From: a virus
Direction: 5' to 3' (one strand)
Virus record (IMG/VR): IMGVR_UViG_3300005253_000031
Location: 1-64,000 of that record
Length of the DNA: 64,000 bases
This document shows, in pieces, positions 8,580 through 18,452 of this stretch; the stretch's first letter is position 1, and each line of letters starts with the position of its first letter. Below the pieces are notes generated by a model, which was not told where the DNA came from, did no database searches, and was given only the letters and a program-made list of their open reading frames with translations. The position numbers were made by a program, and so were the translations under genes.

Positions 8580-9804
8580 TCAACTGCTTGATGTATTGTG
8601 CTCTCTCTCATTCGTGGCCACAATCCTTTCTATATCACATTTACACTTGTGTGTATCTCTTAACGTAACAACAAAGATTCTAACTAGTATACCTAAAAGC
8701 GTCGCGCTCACGTAACCAATCGGCACTCCATATCCGTACTTGTGCCAGATGATCCCGGCTATGCTCATGATAACCCAACCATCAATTATCGCATTGACGA
8801 TCCAGGGAACTAATACGCTTCTTATATTCATTATACCTGCTCCTCCCATGGTAGAGCGTCTAGTATCTTGGCGAATTCCGTTTTAGTGTCTTCCTCAAGG
8901 GGCAGAGCATTCGGTAGAGTAAGATCGTTTCCCATCACAACATGTGCCGCTGTATTTACATTACAGCCATCCATAACCTTCTTCTTTATTTGCTTTACCT
9001 GTACATCAGTAGGCACGAGGCCTGTGATAGTTTTGATATCCTTCTTTATCAGGATAACATTGGAGGAAAGCTTATCCAGTAACGAGTCAGCAAAAGTAGG
9101 CTTGTCCACAGCTTGTCCAGGAGCTAGGTTGCTATGCACTGGATTCACAATCGACTCGTGGTGTTTGATAGTGCAGTCGAAGACTCCCTTGTTACACGTT
9201 ATCACAGGTGGTGGAGGTAGATTTGTTACCTCAACTACATCGTTATGGGGGCCGGGCTCCAAAGCAGGGGGATAGCTGCCTTCAGTCACAACCTTCATTT
9301 TATCCATTATCTTCCTCCCCATGGAATGACTCAGTAGACAGTTGTAATACGAGTGCCTGTCGCACTTCTCGAGATCTGCGCCATACTCTTGTTCAACCAT
9401 TGATGGCCTCTTTCACGTTGAGATAGGCCTGTCTCATTCTCAGCACCTTCTCTACGGCCTCATTGTAGGTGTTGCCGTATGCAGTTAGTCCCATGCACCT
9501 AATTCTAACCGCATAAGTGGTATCGGCTTTACTCACTTCAATTTGATCAATGTTCGTCCAGTTAGTCACTGTGGCCTCCCTGTGAACCATAGTTTTGTGC
9601 GCCCTCTCGAGTGTGCAACCATCTAAGTCTCTGGCCAGTAAACATCCCCACCACCAGAACCTCTAGACACAGCGCAAAGATGTTTCGTCGAGGCGCTCCG
9701 TAACTCGTCCTACAGTTCAAGAGGTCGAAACACTTAGAACAGTTCCTAACTCGTTCCTCTATCGTAGCTCTAATCATAAGAGTAATATCCCTGCGGCCAT
9801 CCAA
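8580..9804 (-). CDS. Four hypothetical proteins (8580-8831 membrane protein, 8831-9400, 9393-9590, 9562-9804)
   Basis: Abutting ORFs; the first has two hydrophobic segments. Confidence 0.5.
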
Positions 9805-10148
9805 CCTATGCCGATGAAAAATCCTATAGCCAACCCCGTGCCGAAATTCATCTTTTACCCACTTTCTATTAGCTGTGTATACATTATACCCCGGTTGGTA
9901 ACAACGGAAGCAACATTCTCATACCTTCTCCTATCTATCTGCTAGGTCTTCCCATATGTCGGCGAACTCATCTAGACTATACTTCAATAACTCGTCATGC
10001 TGTTCCACTCCGCAGATCGCGCACGTAACTGACGTGCCAGAAGGTGCTATGTTACTTGTGCCATCAGCTACCCACATCTGTATCCATACGGCACCATGCG
10101 GGCCCCAAGCCGTTAGATGCACGTCCCCAGTGGCCCCAGATAGAGACA

Positions 10149-12269
10149 TTATACCTCTCCCTCGGCCTCGTTGGGATGCCAATACTCGTAGACCATACCG
10201 TCAACGGTTACGTACCAGCTATTTCCCTCATCATCCTCTACTACCTTGTCGCCGTCATCCTTCTGCTCAACCGAATGTGCGCTCGGATGCTCTTCTTGCA
10301 GAACCTTCAACGCAGAGTCTAGGTCGCCGAATGCACCCTTCCGCATATTGCCCAGCGGTTCGAACGATCGATCAGCCGTTGCTGTTGAAAACATGCCCTT
10401 ATCCATTCCCGCTAGAGCCTGCTCGTGCGTCTCATTTTGCTTGAACCCCTGTCGTTGAAGCGCCTCGTGTGTGTCCTGAAACGCTGACTGTAGCCTAGCC
10501 CTTTTATCAGGCTGGATTTCATTATGATATAGCGTGGCCACCTTGGCGTGTTGGGCATGCAATTCAGTGGGGTTCATTTGTCCAATCAATTTGGAATGCT
10601 CGGGATTTACCCACCTATGAGACTGTTCGTTCCACTGTAATCCTGGATGCGGCGGGGGTCCCGGCGGACCTTTCTGCACCTGTAGCTCACTGCCCTCCTC
10701 TTGAACTATGACGTCAACAGGATTGGGTGCTCTCCCAGGTCGACCCGCCGCTACTGCGGGATCTGTGATGAAAAACTGCTTGAATACTCCCAGGTTAAAG
10801 TTGTTGATTTCGTTGTCGTTGGCCCACACATAGCCTAGATGCTCCTTAGAGAGACGTACACGGCCTTTAGCCATTACATCATATATCACAACGGGTTTGA
10901 TCTCTCCGCCCAACTTCAACGCTTTCACATAACGCATGTGGGCCTTCATAACCTCAAGCCCTGTTTCCTCCCCTATCTCCCTAATGAGTGCTTTATCCAA
11001 CGTCTCTCCATCTTGTACGTGTCCGCCCGGCAGATCCCACCAGTCACTATAGGCGTCCTTCAACAGCAGATGTCCACTCGGATTCTTGATTACCGCCTTA
11101 ACGCTTAGGTTAACGTCCACCCCTGCTTTTAGAAGTTTCTCAGGAAAATGGTTCGTTCGGGGCTGCTCAGGCTGGGGTCTACTCATACCCTGTTGGTGTT
11201 CTGGCTGAGGCTGGGACGGTTGCATTGGACTCTTCGGTCCCCTACTAAGCCACTGTGCGATAGCTGTTAGTCGAGCCTTTTCCTCGCCCTCTAGTTGCCC
11301 AGCTAACTCCGGATCCTTCAGAACCTCCTCCAGCATATGGCTAACCTGCTTTAGGGCTGCAAGAACTCGTTGGTCACTAGCATAGCTTTCCTCGGCCGGA
11401 ACCTCTGGAAGCGCGGTAAAGTTGTCATCCTCGTCGCCAGCATCCGGGTTCTCGATACCCGTTTCCTTGGCTAGAAGCTTGCCCCACAGGAACATACCTC
11501 TATCAGCTAACCTGTTAGCCTTTTCCAGATTGCTCATGTACGTTCCAGTGCCTTTTTCCTTGGTAATCAACGTCATTGCTAGTTCTCCGCTCAGTCTTTG
11601 CCGAGCTATTTCCAACTCTGTCTTGCTTAGGTCAATGCCTATACTGGTACGTCCTAGATCCCGTGCGGCCATCAAGGTGGTTCCTGTGCCCACGAATGGA
11701 TCAATAACTACACCATTAGCTGGACTGGTAGCCCGAATCAAGGGCTTTACCAGGTCCATGGGGAAAGCTAGTGTATCGCTGGTTTCGAAGTGCTTGCTGC
11801 TTCCGATAAGAGAAAGCTTGGTAAATGGCTCACCTGTCTCATAGTAGCTATCTCCTAGGGTGAACTGAATCACATAGTCATTGGAGTTTTCGGGATTCAA
11901 CGTGTACGCTCGCTCGATCGTCTGATGGTTCTTGTCCCAGGCGTAGGCCTTAGCTAACCTCCACCCGTCTTCTATCAACTTGGCGGTTACAATCTTAGGA
12001 ACGCCATGCAACCCGTTGCGGTAGTCGTCTCCCAGCACCAGCCAAAAGCTCCCGCTCTTCTTCAGAGAGTTCTTGAGATGAGAGAAGATGTTTACGAGCC
12101 TTGCTGCATAAGCAGATACGTTGCTTTCCCGACCTAGATCGCCACCTCGTGTGACTGTGCTTTCATTCCAGTATGGGGGACTTGTCACACAAACATCTAT
12201 AGACGCTCTAGATAAGCTCTTAAGCGTCTCACTGGCCTCTCCATGTATTAGTTCGTATGTGTCGTTCAT
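10149..12269 (-). CDS. Multidomain protein: beta-class N4-C/N6-A DNA methyltransferase + Nudix hydrolase + PPGPPP-W-HRW motif
   Basis: VTSPPYW and DPFVGTGTT (MTase motifs IV and I); WDLPGGHVQDGETLDKALIREIGEETGL (Nudix box). Confidence 0.85.
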   Translation of the reverse strand: MNDTYELIHGEASETLKSLSRASIDVCVTSPPYWNESTVTRGGDLGRESNVSAYAARLVNIFSHLKNSLKKSGSFWLVLGDDYRNGLHGVPKIVTAKLIEDGWRLAKAYAWDKNHQTIERAYTLNPENSNDYVIQFTLGDSYYETGEPFTKLSLIGSSKHFETSDTLAFPMDLVKPLIRATSPANGVVIDPFVGTGTTLMAARDLGRTSIGIDLSKTELEIARQRLSGELAMTLITKEKGTGTYMSNLEKANRLADRGMFLWGKLLAKETGIENPDAGDEDDNFTALPEVPAEESYASDQRVLAALKQVSHMLEEVLKDPELAGQLEGEEKARLTAIAQWLSRGPKSPMQPSQPQPEHQQGMSRPQPEQPRTNHFPEKLLKAGVDVNLSVKAVIKNPSGHLLLKDAYSDWWDLPGGHVQDGETLDKALIREIGEETGLEVMKAHMRYVKALKLGGEIKPVVIYDVMAKGRVRLSKEHLGYVWANDNEINNFNLGVFKQFFITDPAVAAGRPGRAPNPVDVIVQEEGSELQVQKGPPGPPPHPGLQWNEQSHRWVNPEHSKLIGQMNPTELHAQHAKVATLYHNEIQPDKRARLQSAFQDTHEALQRQGFKQNETHEQALAGMDKGMFSTATADRSFEPLGNMRKGAFGDLDSALKVLQEEHPSAHSVEQKDDGDKVVEDDEGNSWYVTVDGMVYEYWHPNEAEGEV

Positions 12270-12606
12270 TCTGTACCTTGTTCCAATTACTCAGATTTCC
12301 CTTGAACTTAGTTCTCCTTAACTATCATGGCTTATCTATTAAATGTGTGACATCTAAGCCGTTGTTAGCTCCGTATTGCGGATACGTGAGATTAACAAAT
12401 ATGGGTTCTAATCCCAATTCCCGTATAATCTCGATGGCCGCTCCGTTCATAGCACCATCAATCGCTCCATTAATCATAGGCTGTGCAGCCCCCACCGTAC
12501 TTCTAGATACCTTGTCTATTTGCTGGATTAAAATCACGTAAACACTGTAATACCCACGCCTCTTGTTCTACTGTCACTTTTATTCGATCTAAGGCACTAT
12601 TGCTAT

Positions 12607-12837
12607 TCATCGAATCTCTTTCTCCTCCGCCGGCTGGACTCTGTTACCTCCCCACAAGTTCACAGTCTCCTCACTGCGAAAATAGGTCGACGGGCAAGGA
12701 GCTTTATTCGAATCATGCTCGTCAGAAAAATTTATTCGGGCCAACTGCCTATATTCCTGGCCCTTCGGACAGTTGTCACAATATTTGCATTTTCCCGGGG
12801 CGTGCAACACTGACGGATCACAATGAGGCATTAACAT
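12607..12837 (-). CDS. Cys/His-rich small phage protein
   Basis: PHCDPSVLHAPGKCKYCD...PCPS...WGGN. Confidence 0.6.
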   Translation of the reverse strand: MLMPHCDPSVLHAPGKCKYCDNCPKGQEYRQLARINFSDEHDSNKAPCPSTYFRSEETVNLWGGNRVQPAEEKEIR

Positions 12838-12893
12838 TACTTAAATCTCCCAACGACTTTGTAATTCATATTCACGTACGCTCTGTTCATCAT

Positions 12894-13544
12894 TTAATAG
12901 TGCTGCCATTCTCCAGGATCTTCACGTCGGCCCCCGTGCAAAAGGTAATTCCCCGTACTTTGTTCATCTCTACCCTCGTCTCGTGCGTTCTCCAGCATCG
13001 TTTTCACCAACTCATGTATATGGTAGACCATACTGGCGGTTAACTCCTCGCCACAGTGATTGGTCAGATAACCTTCAAGCTCGTTCATTTGAATTCCTTT
13101 TAGATGCAAGCCATTCTATAAGTTCGGCCATAGCTTCCCGTTGTGTCTCCACTTTCTTGGCTAGGTCATATATAACCGACTCATGAGAATGTATAATCTC
13201 ATCGGCTACTCGTATGGGAGTGTTGATTATCTTGTACAGTTCAGCAATTCGTTCATCAGTCATTTGGATGTCCTTTCATAAGCTATACTGTCTTCATATG
13301 ACTTACGCTCTCGATCTGCCATCTCTCTGAGTTCCTTCCATGAATCAGCACTGACTCCGACTCTCTCTAGCATCGGGATAAGGTGGCCCTCACGCACCAT
13401 CCACTTCCTGAACTCCTTAGTTTCGTTCTCTCTACCACTGTTGACCCAAACCCCTGAGAAAAGCCCAATAGCCGCACCCAGGAACAATCCTATCATCAAA
13501 GGTATAAAATATTCAGCCATGTCGTCCACAGTCTCCTTGAACAT
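12894..13544 (-). CDS. Three small hypothetical proteins (12894-13109, 13075-13263, 13260-13544 with TM helix)
   Basis: Overlapping ORFs in array. Confidence 0.5.
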
Positions 13545-13689
13545 CGATAGCGCATTGTCTCATTACCCGGCCCCCAAAGCAAAAGCACAGGCCATTCCCA
13601 CAGCTACCACAAAGCCGGTGATTAAAAGGGTTGGCCAGTGCATATCATCTGTATCAGACTCTTGCCAACTCGTTAAACGTTTGATCCGT

Positions 13690-14094
13690 TTATTTTCGTT
13701 CATTGGGGCGTACCTCCATTTCAATTGCAGAATATTTTTCCACGGCTTTTTGATTAAATGGAAGCGCCGTTACTTCGTATGCTGGACGAATCAAGGGATG
13801 ATTTAGAAACACATTATGACTGTGTATTGCTTCGTATGTTACATAGCAGGGGAGCCCATAGGCCAAAGCGGCGCCTAATTCAGTCCATGCTCCCTGTAGT
13901 TCATTGGAATATACTAAATAAAACGCATCTGCTTCCTTTATAGCGCGCAAATCTTCAAGCGCTACTTCTCTAAAATCATTATTAGACGATTTTGTCCAAT
14001 CAAAAACTATTTCGTGACCTTGTTTTTCAAGGATACGCATTATCTCAGAAACACGTTCTCTATCCGTATATTTCCCTGCTACATAGAGTTTCAT
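13690..14094 (-). CDS. Nucleoside 2-deoxyribosyltransferase-like protein
   Basis: KLYVAG...EDLRAIKEADA...GAWTELGAALAYG. Confidence 0.8.
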   Translation of the reverse strand: MKLYVAGKYTDRERVSEIMRILEKQGHEIVFDWTKSSNNDFREVALEDLRAIKEADAFYLVYSNELQGAWTELGAALAYGLPCYVTYEAIHSHNVFLNHPLIRPAYEVTALPFNQKAVEKYSAIEMEVRPNERK

Positions 14095-14354
14095 AGACTT
14101 CTCACTTCCATAAACAGTTCACGGCCTCGAATCGTAGGCTTAACGCTCATCACCGCTACGTTCTCTATCTCTTCCCAGATCGTCTTCAGCTTCGCCAGAG
14201 ATAACTCTGAATGCTCGGCCTCTCTACCCTTGAACATAATCTGAATGCGTACTGCCTTACCTTTCCTCAACATGCGTTTGACAGTATTGGCCTTAACATA
14301 CAAATCATGTTCGGCGATGTTTGCGCCTATCCGTACAGTCCTCGGACTACTCAT
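14091..14354 (-). CDS. infC: Translation initiation factor IF-3, C-terminal domain only
   Basis: VRIGANIAEHDLYVKANTVKRMLRKGKAVRIQIMFKGRE matches the IF3-C consensus. Confidence 0.85.
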   Translation of the reverse strand: MSSPRTVRIGANIAEHDLYVKANTVKRMLRKGKAVRIQIMFKGREAEHSELSLAKLKTIWEEIENVAVMSVKPTIRGRELFMEVRSL

Positions 14355-15728
14355 CTACGCTGTCCTTTCTGTGTGTCGATGTGGCCTAGTGGCCCAACAA
14401 AACGGATGTAACCCAGTGGGCCTGGACTTGCCCCCATTCGTGTAAATGTGGTGCTCTGGTGTCCCGAGACAACAGTCCATTAGCTTGCACCACTGCTTGA
14501 TAAAGCGATACTCACCACCAAACAGTTTAGTCAGCTCCTTGAGTAGGTCGGTCGCCTTCACGAGACTCTCCTAGAGCTTCGAGCGAACCAATCCGTTGGG
14601 GGTATCGTCTCACGCTTCTCGTTTACCCGCACCCACGCTTCGCGCTTGAGCTGGGTTACCGGCTTCATTACCGTCCAGCAGTCCAACATGAACGCTATTC
14701 GAGTTGTTCCTTCCAAGCGCATAAAACCGGGGCCCTCGTTGTATCCCAGATGGCCAAACCGCGCACGTTCTTTTAGCATGTCATCTTCAATAGCCTCAAC
14801 AAATGCGTCTGCGCGTTCCTGTGTAATCTCTATACCATCGGGAGTATAATAATCCGCCGTAGGGTCTGGATACTGGTCGTTGGCAGTGCCTGCCTTCAGC
14901 ATGTAGAACCATTTATTGTATATCGCTCGAACCTCAAATATGTTCTCAGCCTCTACCCATGCAAATGCTGCACGCTCACGTGCGCCGGTTGCATCTTCAT
15001 TTCCTAAATAGCCCTGTACGTTCATAGCGCGAAACAAGTCCGCTACGGATATATTCTCATAGGACATGATCGAAAAACTCCCGGGCCAAAGCTCTCCCAA
15101 TACGTACAAAACGTCAGCGTCATTAACCTGGCCCTCTTTAGCCTGCTCCAAAATACTGCGACAAACCCTTACGAGTTCAGTCATCTAAATCTCCCGTATG
15201 CGCCTTACCGTTCGTATCGTCTGGCCCGGACAATGCGCGGGTAACGGGTCGTAATGCCTACGCTCATCAGGCAGCGTTTCCGGTTTAACTTTCGTTGGAT
15301 TGTCTGTTACCATCGTCATCCTCAATTCCGTTTACAAGATCTGTTAGCTGTGTGTAAAGCTTCGTATTCTCTAGCTCTCGTCCATTATATAGCTTGAGGC
15401 CTTTAGCTTTCGCCTCTACAACATAAATCCCTATCAACGTACGATAAAATTTATCCGCAAGATTGGTTCCCACTTTCGTCGAACCCATTTGAACAGAGCT
15501 TTTCGCATATTCTACCAATGCCCAAAGCTCTTTCTCGGTAAACTCGACTTCATAGTTCTGGGTTACATGGTCTTTGGTATACAGCAAGGCGCTGCCTATC
15601 TTTAACTGTAACCAGGGATGAATTACCTCTCTGTCTCCCAGCGGTACCGTATTCGTGTGCATGGACAGTTGGTCAGACAGGTAAATCGCCTCTAAGTTAT
15701 CCAACGTAATTGGGTAAGTCTCATTCAC
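14355..15728 (-). CDS. Hypothetical proteins (14355-14561, 14558-15184, 15285-15728)
   Basis: Co-oriented ORFs. Confidence 0.55.
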
Positions 15729-15737
15729 GTTATACTC

Positions 15738-16406
15738 CTAGAACGCCATCTCTGAAATAAGCTCTTCCACAACGCTCAGAGACTTGTCCAGAGCTTCCGA
15801 AACATACTCATCCTCTCGAGCATCAGCGAAAGTTCCGGGGTTGCCCGCGGGTACAAAGCCCGGAGTATCATCTACATCTTCCTCCAAATGAGTAGTTACT
15901 ACCGTGCTCCTTGGCTCAGCCTCAAGATCCACTGGATCATACTCCTTGGCAACCTCTGCTTGATAGCCCACATGCTCGATGGCCCAGTTGTGCTGAGAGT
16001 ACGTCGCATACAGGGGCTCATCCAACTTGTTAGTGAAGAACACTCGACGGCTGTCCGGATCAATTGCTAGAAGCTGCTTAACGCTGTGGCCCATACGTCC
16101 CAAATCTCCTTTGATAGCCTCAATAGGGATAGTGCCGTAGCCCTCCAGCGCCTTTTCCAAAGTCGCCAAACCAGCTACTACCGACTCTCCGTTCAGCTTA
16201 GTGCTCAATCGTTGCAACCTAAATGCAGAGTCACCGGGTGACAGTCTCTTCATATCGGGCGCATCCGGGATTCCCTTGGGATTTATCCAACGATGCGTCT
16301 CCTGGTTCCAAATTTGGCCGGGCGTCGGCGGAGACCCCGGGGGTCCCTCCTTATCGACGGTTTCTGAGGTTACCATATGGTTCCTCGATCTTGATTGTTC
16401 TGTCAT
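15738..16406 (-). CDS. Hypothetical (putative head-associated) protein with PPGxPP-W-HRW motif
   Basis: KEGPPGSPPTPGQIWNQETHRWINP, homologous to the motif in 10149-12269. Confidence 0.7.
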   Translation of the reverse strand: MTEQSRSRNHMVTSETVDKEGPPGSPPTPGQIWNQETHRWINPKGIPDAPDMKRLSPGDSAFRLQRLSTKLNGESVVAGLATLEKALEGYGTIPIEAIKGDLGRMGHSVKQLLAIDPDSRRVFFTNKLDEPLYATYSQHNWAIEHVGYQAEVAKEYDPVDLEAEPRSTVVTTHLEEDVDDTPGFVPAGNPGTFADAREDEYVSEALDKSLSVVEELISEMAF

Positions 16407-16471
16407 ATCATTTCACCTACTAGAAAAGTTACTTCTATTGTACTCCCCTAGTTACTATAAGTAAACCCCAG

Positions 16472-16846
16472 CTATTCCCAAGGCAAGCCGTTGAACAGTT
16501 CTTCATAATCTAATTCATCAGTCGGCGGGAGCTCTGAAGAACAGCCTTTACAGAATAGATCAGCACATCCAGGAGTATAACACAACCCACTTTTGAAAGG
16601 CAAAGCATCACCATATATTTCTTTATACGCATTCGCTTTTCCTACTACGTCTGCCGTATCTAGGGTAATCAGCTTTTCCTCCACTTGGGAAAAGTCTATG
16701 GCAAATAGATCACTTTTGCTCTTCTCTGCTTGTTGAGACTGAATAATAAAGTTGTCAATCTTCTTCGCCTCAGATCCAGGCTTTAGTGTTCCATCTGCTG
16801 CATAGCATACAGAACAGGAAAGCGGACAAGGACTATAAAAACTCAT
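16472..16846 (-). CDS. Cys-rich small protein with PolA-motif-like peptides
   Basis: CPLSCSVC...IDFSQVEEK...KANAYKEIYG...CYTPGC...CKGC. Confidence 0.6.
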   Translation of the reverse strand: MSFYSPCPLSCSVCYAADGTLKPGSEAKKIDNFIIQSQQAEKSKSDLFAIDFSQVEEKLITLDTADVVGKANAYKEIYGDALPFKSGLCYTPGCADLFCKGCSSELPPTDELDYEELFNGLPWE

Positions 16847-17037
16847 CTTGCTTCCTTGTTAGCCTTTTCCAAAGTCTTTATGCGAGCAACCAACGCAACT
16901 GTGTTCTTGTTTTGATTCTCTATGATCTCCCGCAACTTATCTAAAAGCATTTGATCTTGAGCCGCAAACTTAACAAAACCATCGGCGATATCCCCGACGG
17001 TTTCGTTCATTTTCTCGATCCACTCTTCAATTCTCAC
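16843..17037 (-). CDS. Small coiled-coil hypothetical protein
   Basis: GTG start after AAGGAG; the longer ORF-track version overlaps tRNA-Pro. Confidence 0.5.
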   Translation of the reverse strand: MRIEEWIEKMNETVGDIADGFVKFAAQDQMLLDKLREIIENQNKNTVALVARIKTLEKANKEAR

Positions 17038-17056
17038 TGACTGCTCCTTTAAGTTT

Positions 17057-17132
17057 TGGTCAGGGCGGTAGGGCTCGAACCTACGACCTCCTGGTTCCAA
17101 ACCAGGCACGCTACCAACTGCGCTACACCCTG
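17057..17132 (-). tRNA. tRNA-Pro (TGG), CCA encoded
   Basis: CAGGGTG TA GCGC AGTTGGTA GCGT G CCTGG TTTGGAA CCAGG ... GTTCGAG ... CGCCCTG A CCA. Confidence 0.93.
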
Positions 17133-17135
17133 TCG

Positions 17136-17489
17136 TTACTTCCATCTTACGTTACGACAGAGCAATCCCAGCTTCGTCGCCTGGGTAACCATATTCTTGG
17201 TCCCCTTACTATTGTCCAAATCATCGTGACAGTAGACCACTATAACGGGCTTACCCTCGTCCAGCATCTGAGTATTCCTAATGGGCCCCGCGGCACGCCC
17301 GTATCTGTCCCACTGCGCTGGGTAAACCTCAACCTCGAAACCCATTTCCGCTGCTATGTCTCCGGCAATACGATCGGCACCTCGGGCATCCCCTTCGATG
17401 ATCACCGAGCCCGCGGGTATGGAATCCAAATACTCCCATATAGCCTCACGGTCTGTCCAATTTCGATCTCCGCAAATCAGTATTCTCAT
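17136..17489 (-). CDS. YspA/DUF2493 SLOG-family protein
   Basis: ILICGDRNW, EGDARGADRIA, WDRYGRAAGPIRNTQM, SKGTKNM. Confidence 0.85.
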   Translation of the reverse strand: MRILICGDRNWTDREAIWEYLDSIPAGSVIIEGDARGADRIAGDIAAEMGFEVEVYPAQWDRYGRAAGPIRNTQMLDEGKPVIVVYCHDDLDNSKGTKNMVTQATKLGLLCRNVRWK

Positions 17490-17635
17490 ATGATCCCCAA
17501 TCTCCTGAAGGCCTTTTCGTTAATATCTTTAGCGGTTTTTCGGGCCACCATAGAGACTATACACATATCACATTTACACAAGCAATTATTTTCGCATTGC
17601 CCCCTATGTTGACACTTCATACCGACCCCCTATTA

Positions 17636-17710
17636 TGGAGTGAGCGGCAGGACTCGAACCTACTCTGGCAAGGCCACATCTTACCGTGCAACCCTTACAC
17701 TTCGCTCACC
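17636..17710 (-). tRNA. tRNA-His (GTG) with G-1, CCA encoded
   Basis: G-GTGAGCG/CGCTCAC-T-CCA; anticodon arm GTAAG-ATGTGGC-CTTGC. Confidence 0.88.
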
Positions 17711-17742
17711 GATTAGTACGCCTCTATCTATGAGCTCCCAAG

Positions 17743-18256
17743 TCATAAGGTCATTCCGTATGGGCAGTCTTGGCCTTTCGTGTACCCGTCGGAGTGGATA
17801 CAGTCAGGCGTTATGTCTTGAATACTGTCTAGGGCGATTTTTAATTGGTTAATTACATAATCAGCGTTTTCTGGAAGGGCATGTTCGTCCGGTGTTCCAG
17901 AGATAACCTCTAAGTGGGCAATAGCCGTTTTCATAGAGGCCCATGCCCTCCATATTCGAGTCACAACAATTTCGTGCTCACGCGTTGTTGCTGTCATCAT
18001 TTACTCTACCTTATGTAAGAATGTAATGGGTTGTTACTGCGCCGAGCCTAATTTCTTTTGCCTTGATAGACCCTTGTCGGAGAAGGCTATTAAGGGTTGC
18101 GCCGTGTACCTTCCTCATTTCACCGCTTGTTAAGACAATGGTTGCGCCCGAAAGTCCCGATACTAGCCTTCCGCCCTCTTCCAATATCTGTATGATTTCA
18201 AAGCCCGTAATTCTCTTGCCAGTCTTAATGCTGTTGGCGAAGTTGTGGTCTATCAT
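17743..18256 (-). CDS. Two small hypothetical proteins (17743-18000, 18011-18256)
   Basis: Downstream of the promoter in repeat copy 2; AGGAG SD. Confidence 0.55.
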
Positions 18257-18296
18257 CTTGAATCTCCTGGTTGACCTGAATTACCCTTACATATTT

Positions 18297-18401
18297 ATAT
18301 TATCACACATCTCGGGATTTGTACATCTTTAAAGGTGCCAGGTAAACTATATGTTCAGTAACCTTAGGTTTACTATTCTCCTCGAACATCTTTGACAGCT
18401 T
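18297..18401. repeat. 105-bp direct repeat copy 2 (promoter cassette)
   Basis: See 3391-3495. Confidence 0.95.
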
Positions 18402-18452
18402 TCGCAGTTCCCACCACAACGCAATGAGAAATATCGCAGCCACAACCAACAT
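18303..18452 (-). CDS. 49-aa membrane-anchored peptide spanning the repeat
   Basis: MLVVAAIFLIALWWELRKLSKMFEENSKPKVTEHIVYLAPLKMYKSRDV; ATG overlaps the rusA stop (TGATG). Confidence 0.5.
   Translation of the reverse strand: MLVVAAIFLIALWWELRKLSKMFEENSKPKVTEHIVYLAPLKMYKSRDV

Noticed and set aside
17038-17145. N-terminal extension of ORF 16843-17145
   Set aside because: It overlaps tRNA-Pro; a GTG start with SD at 17037 is more plausible
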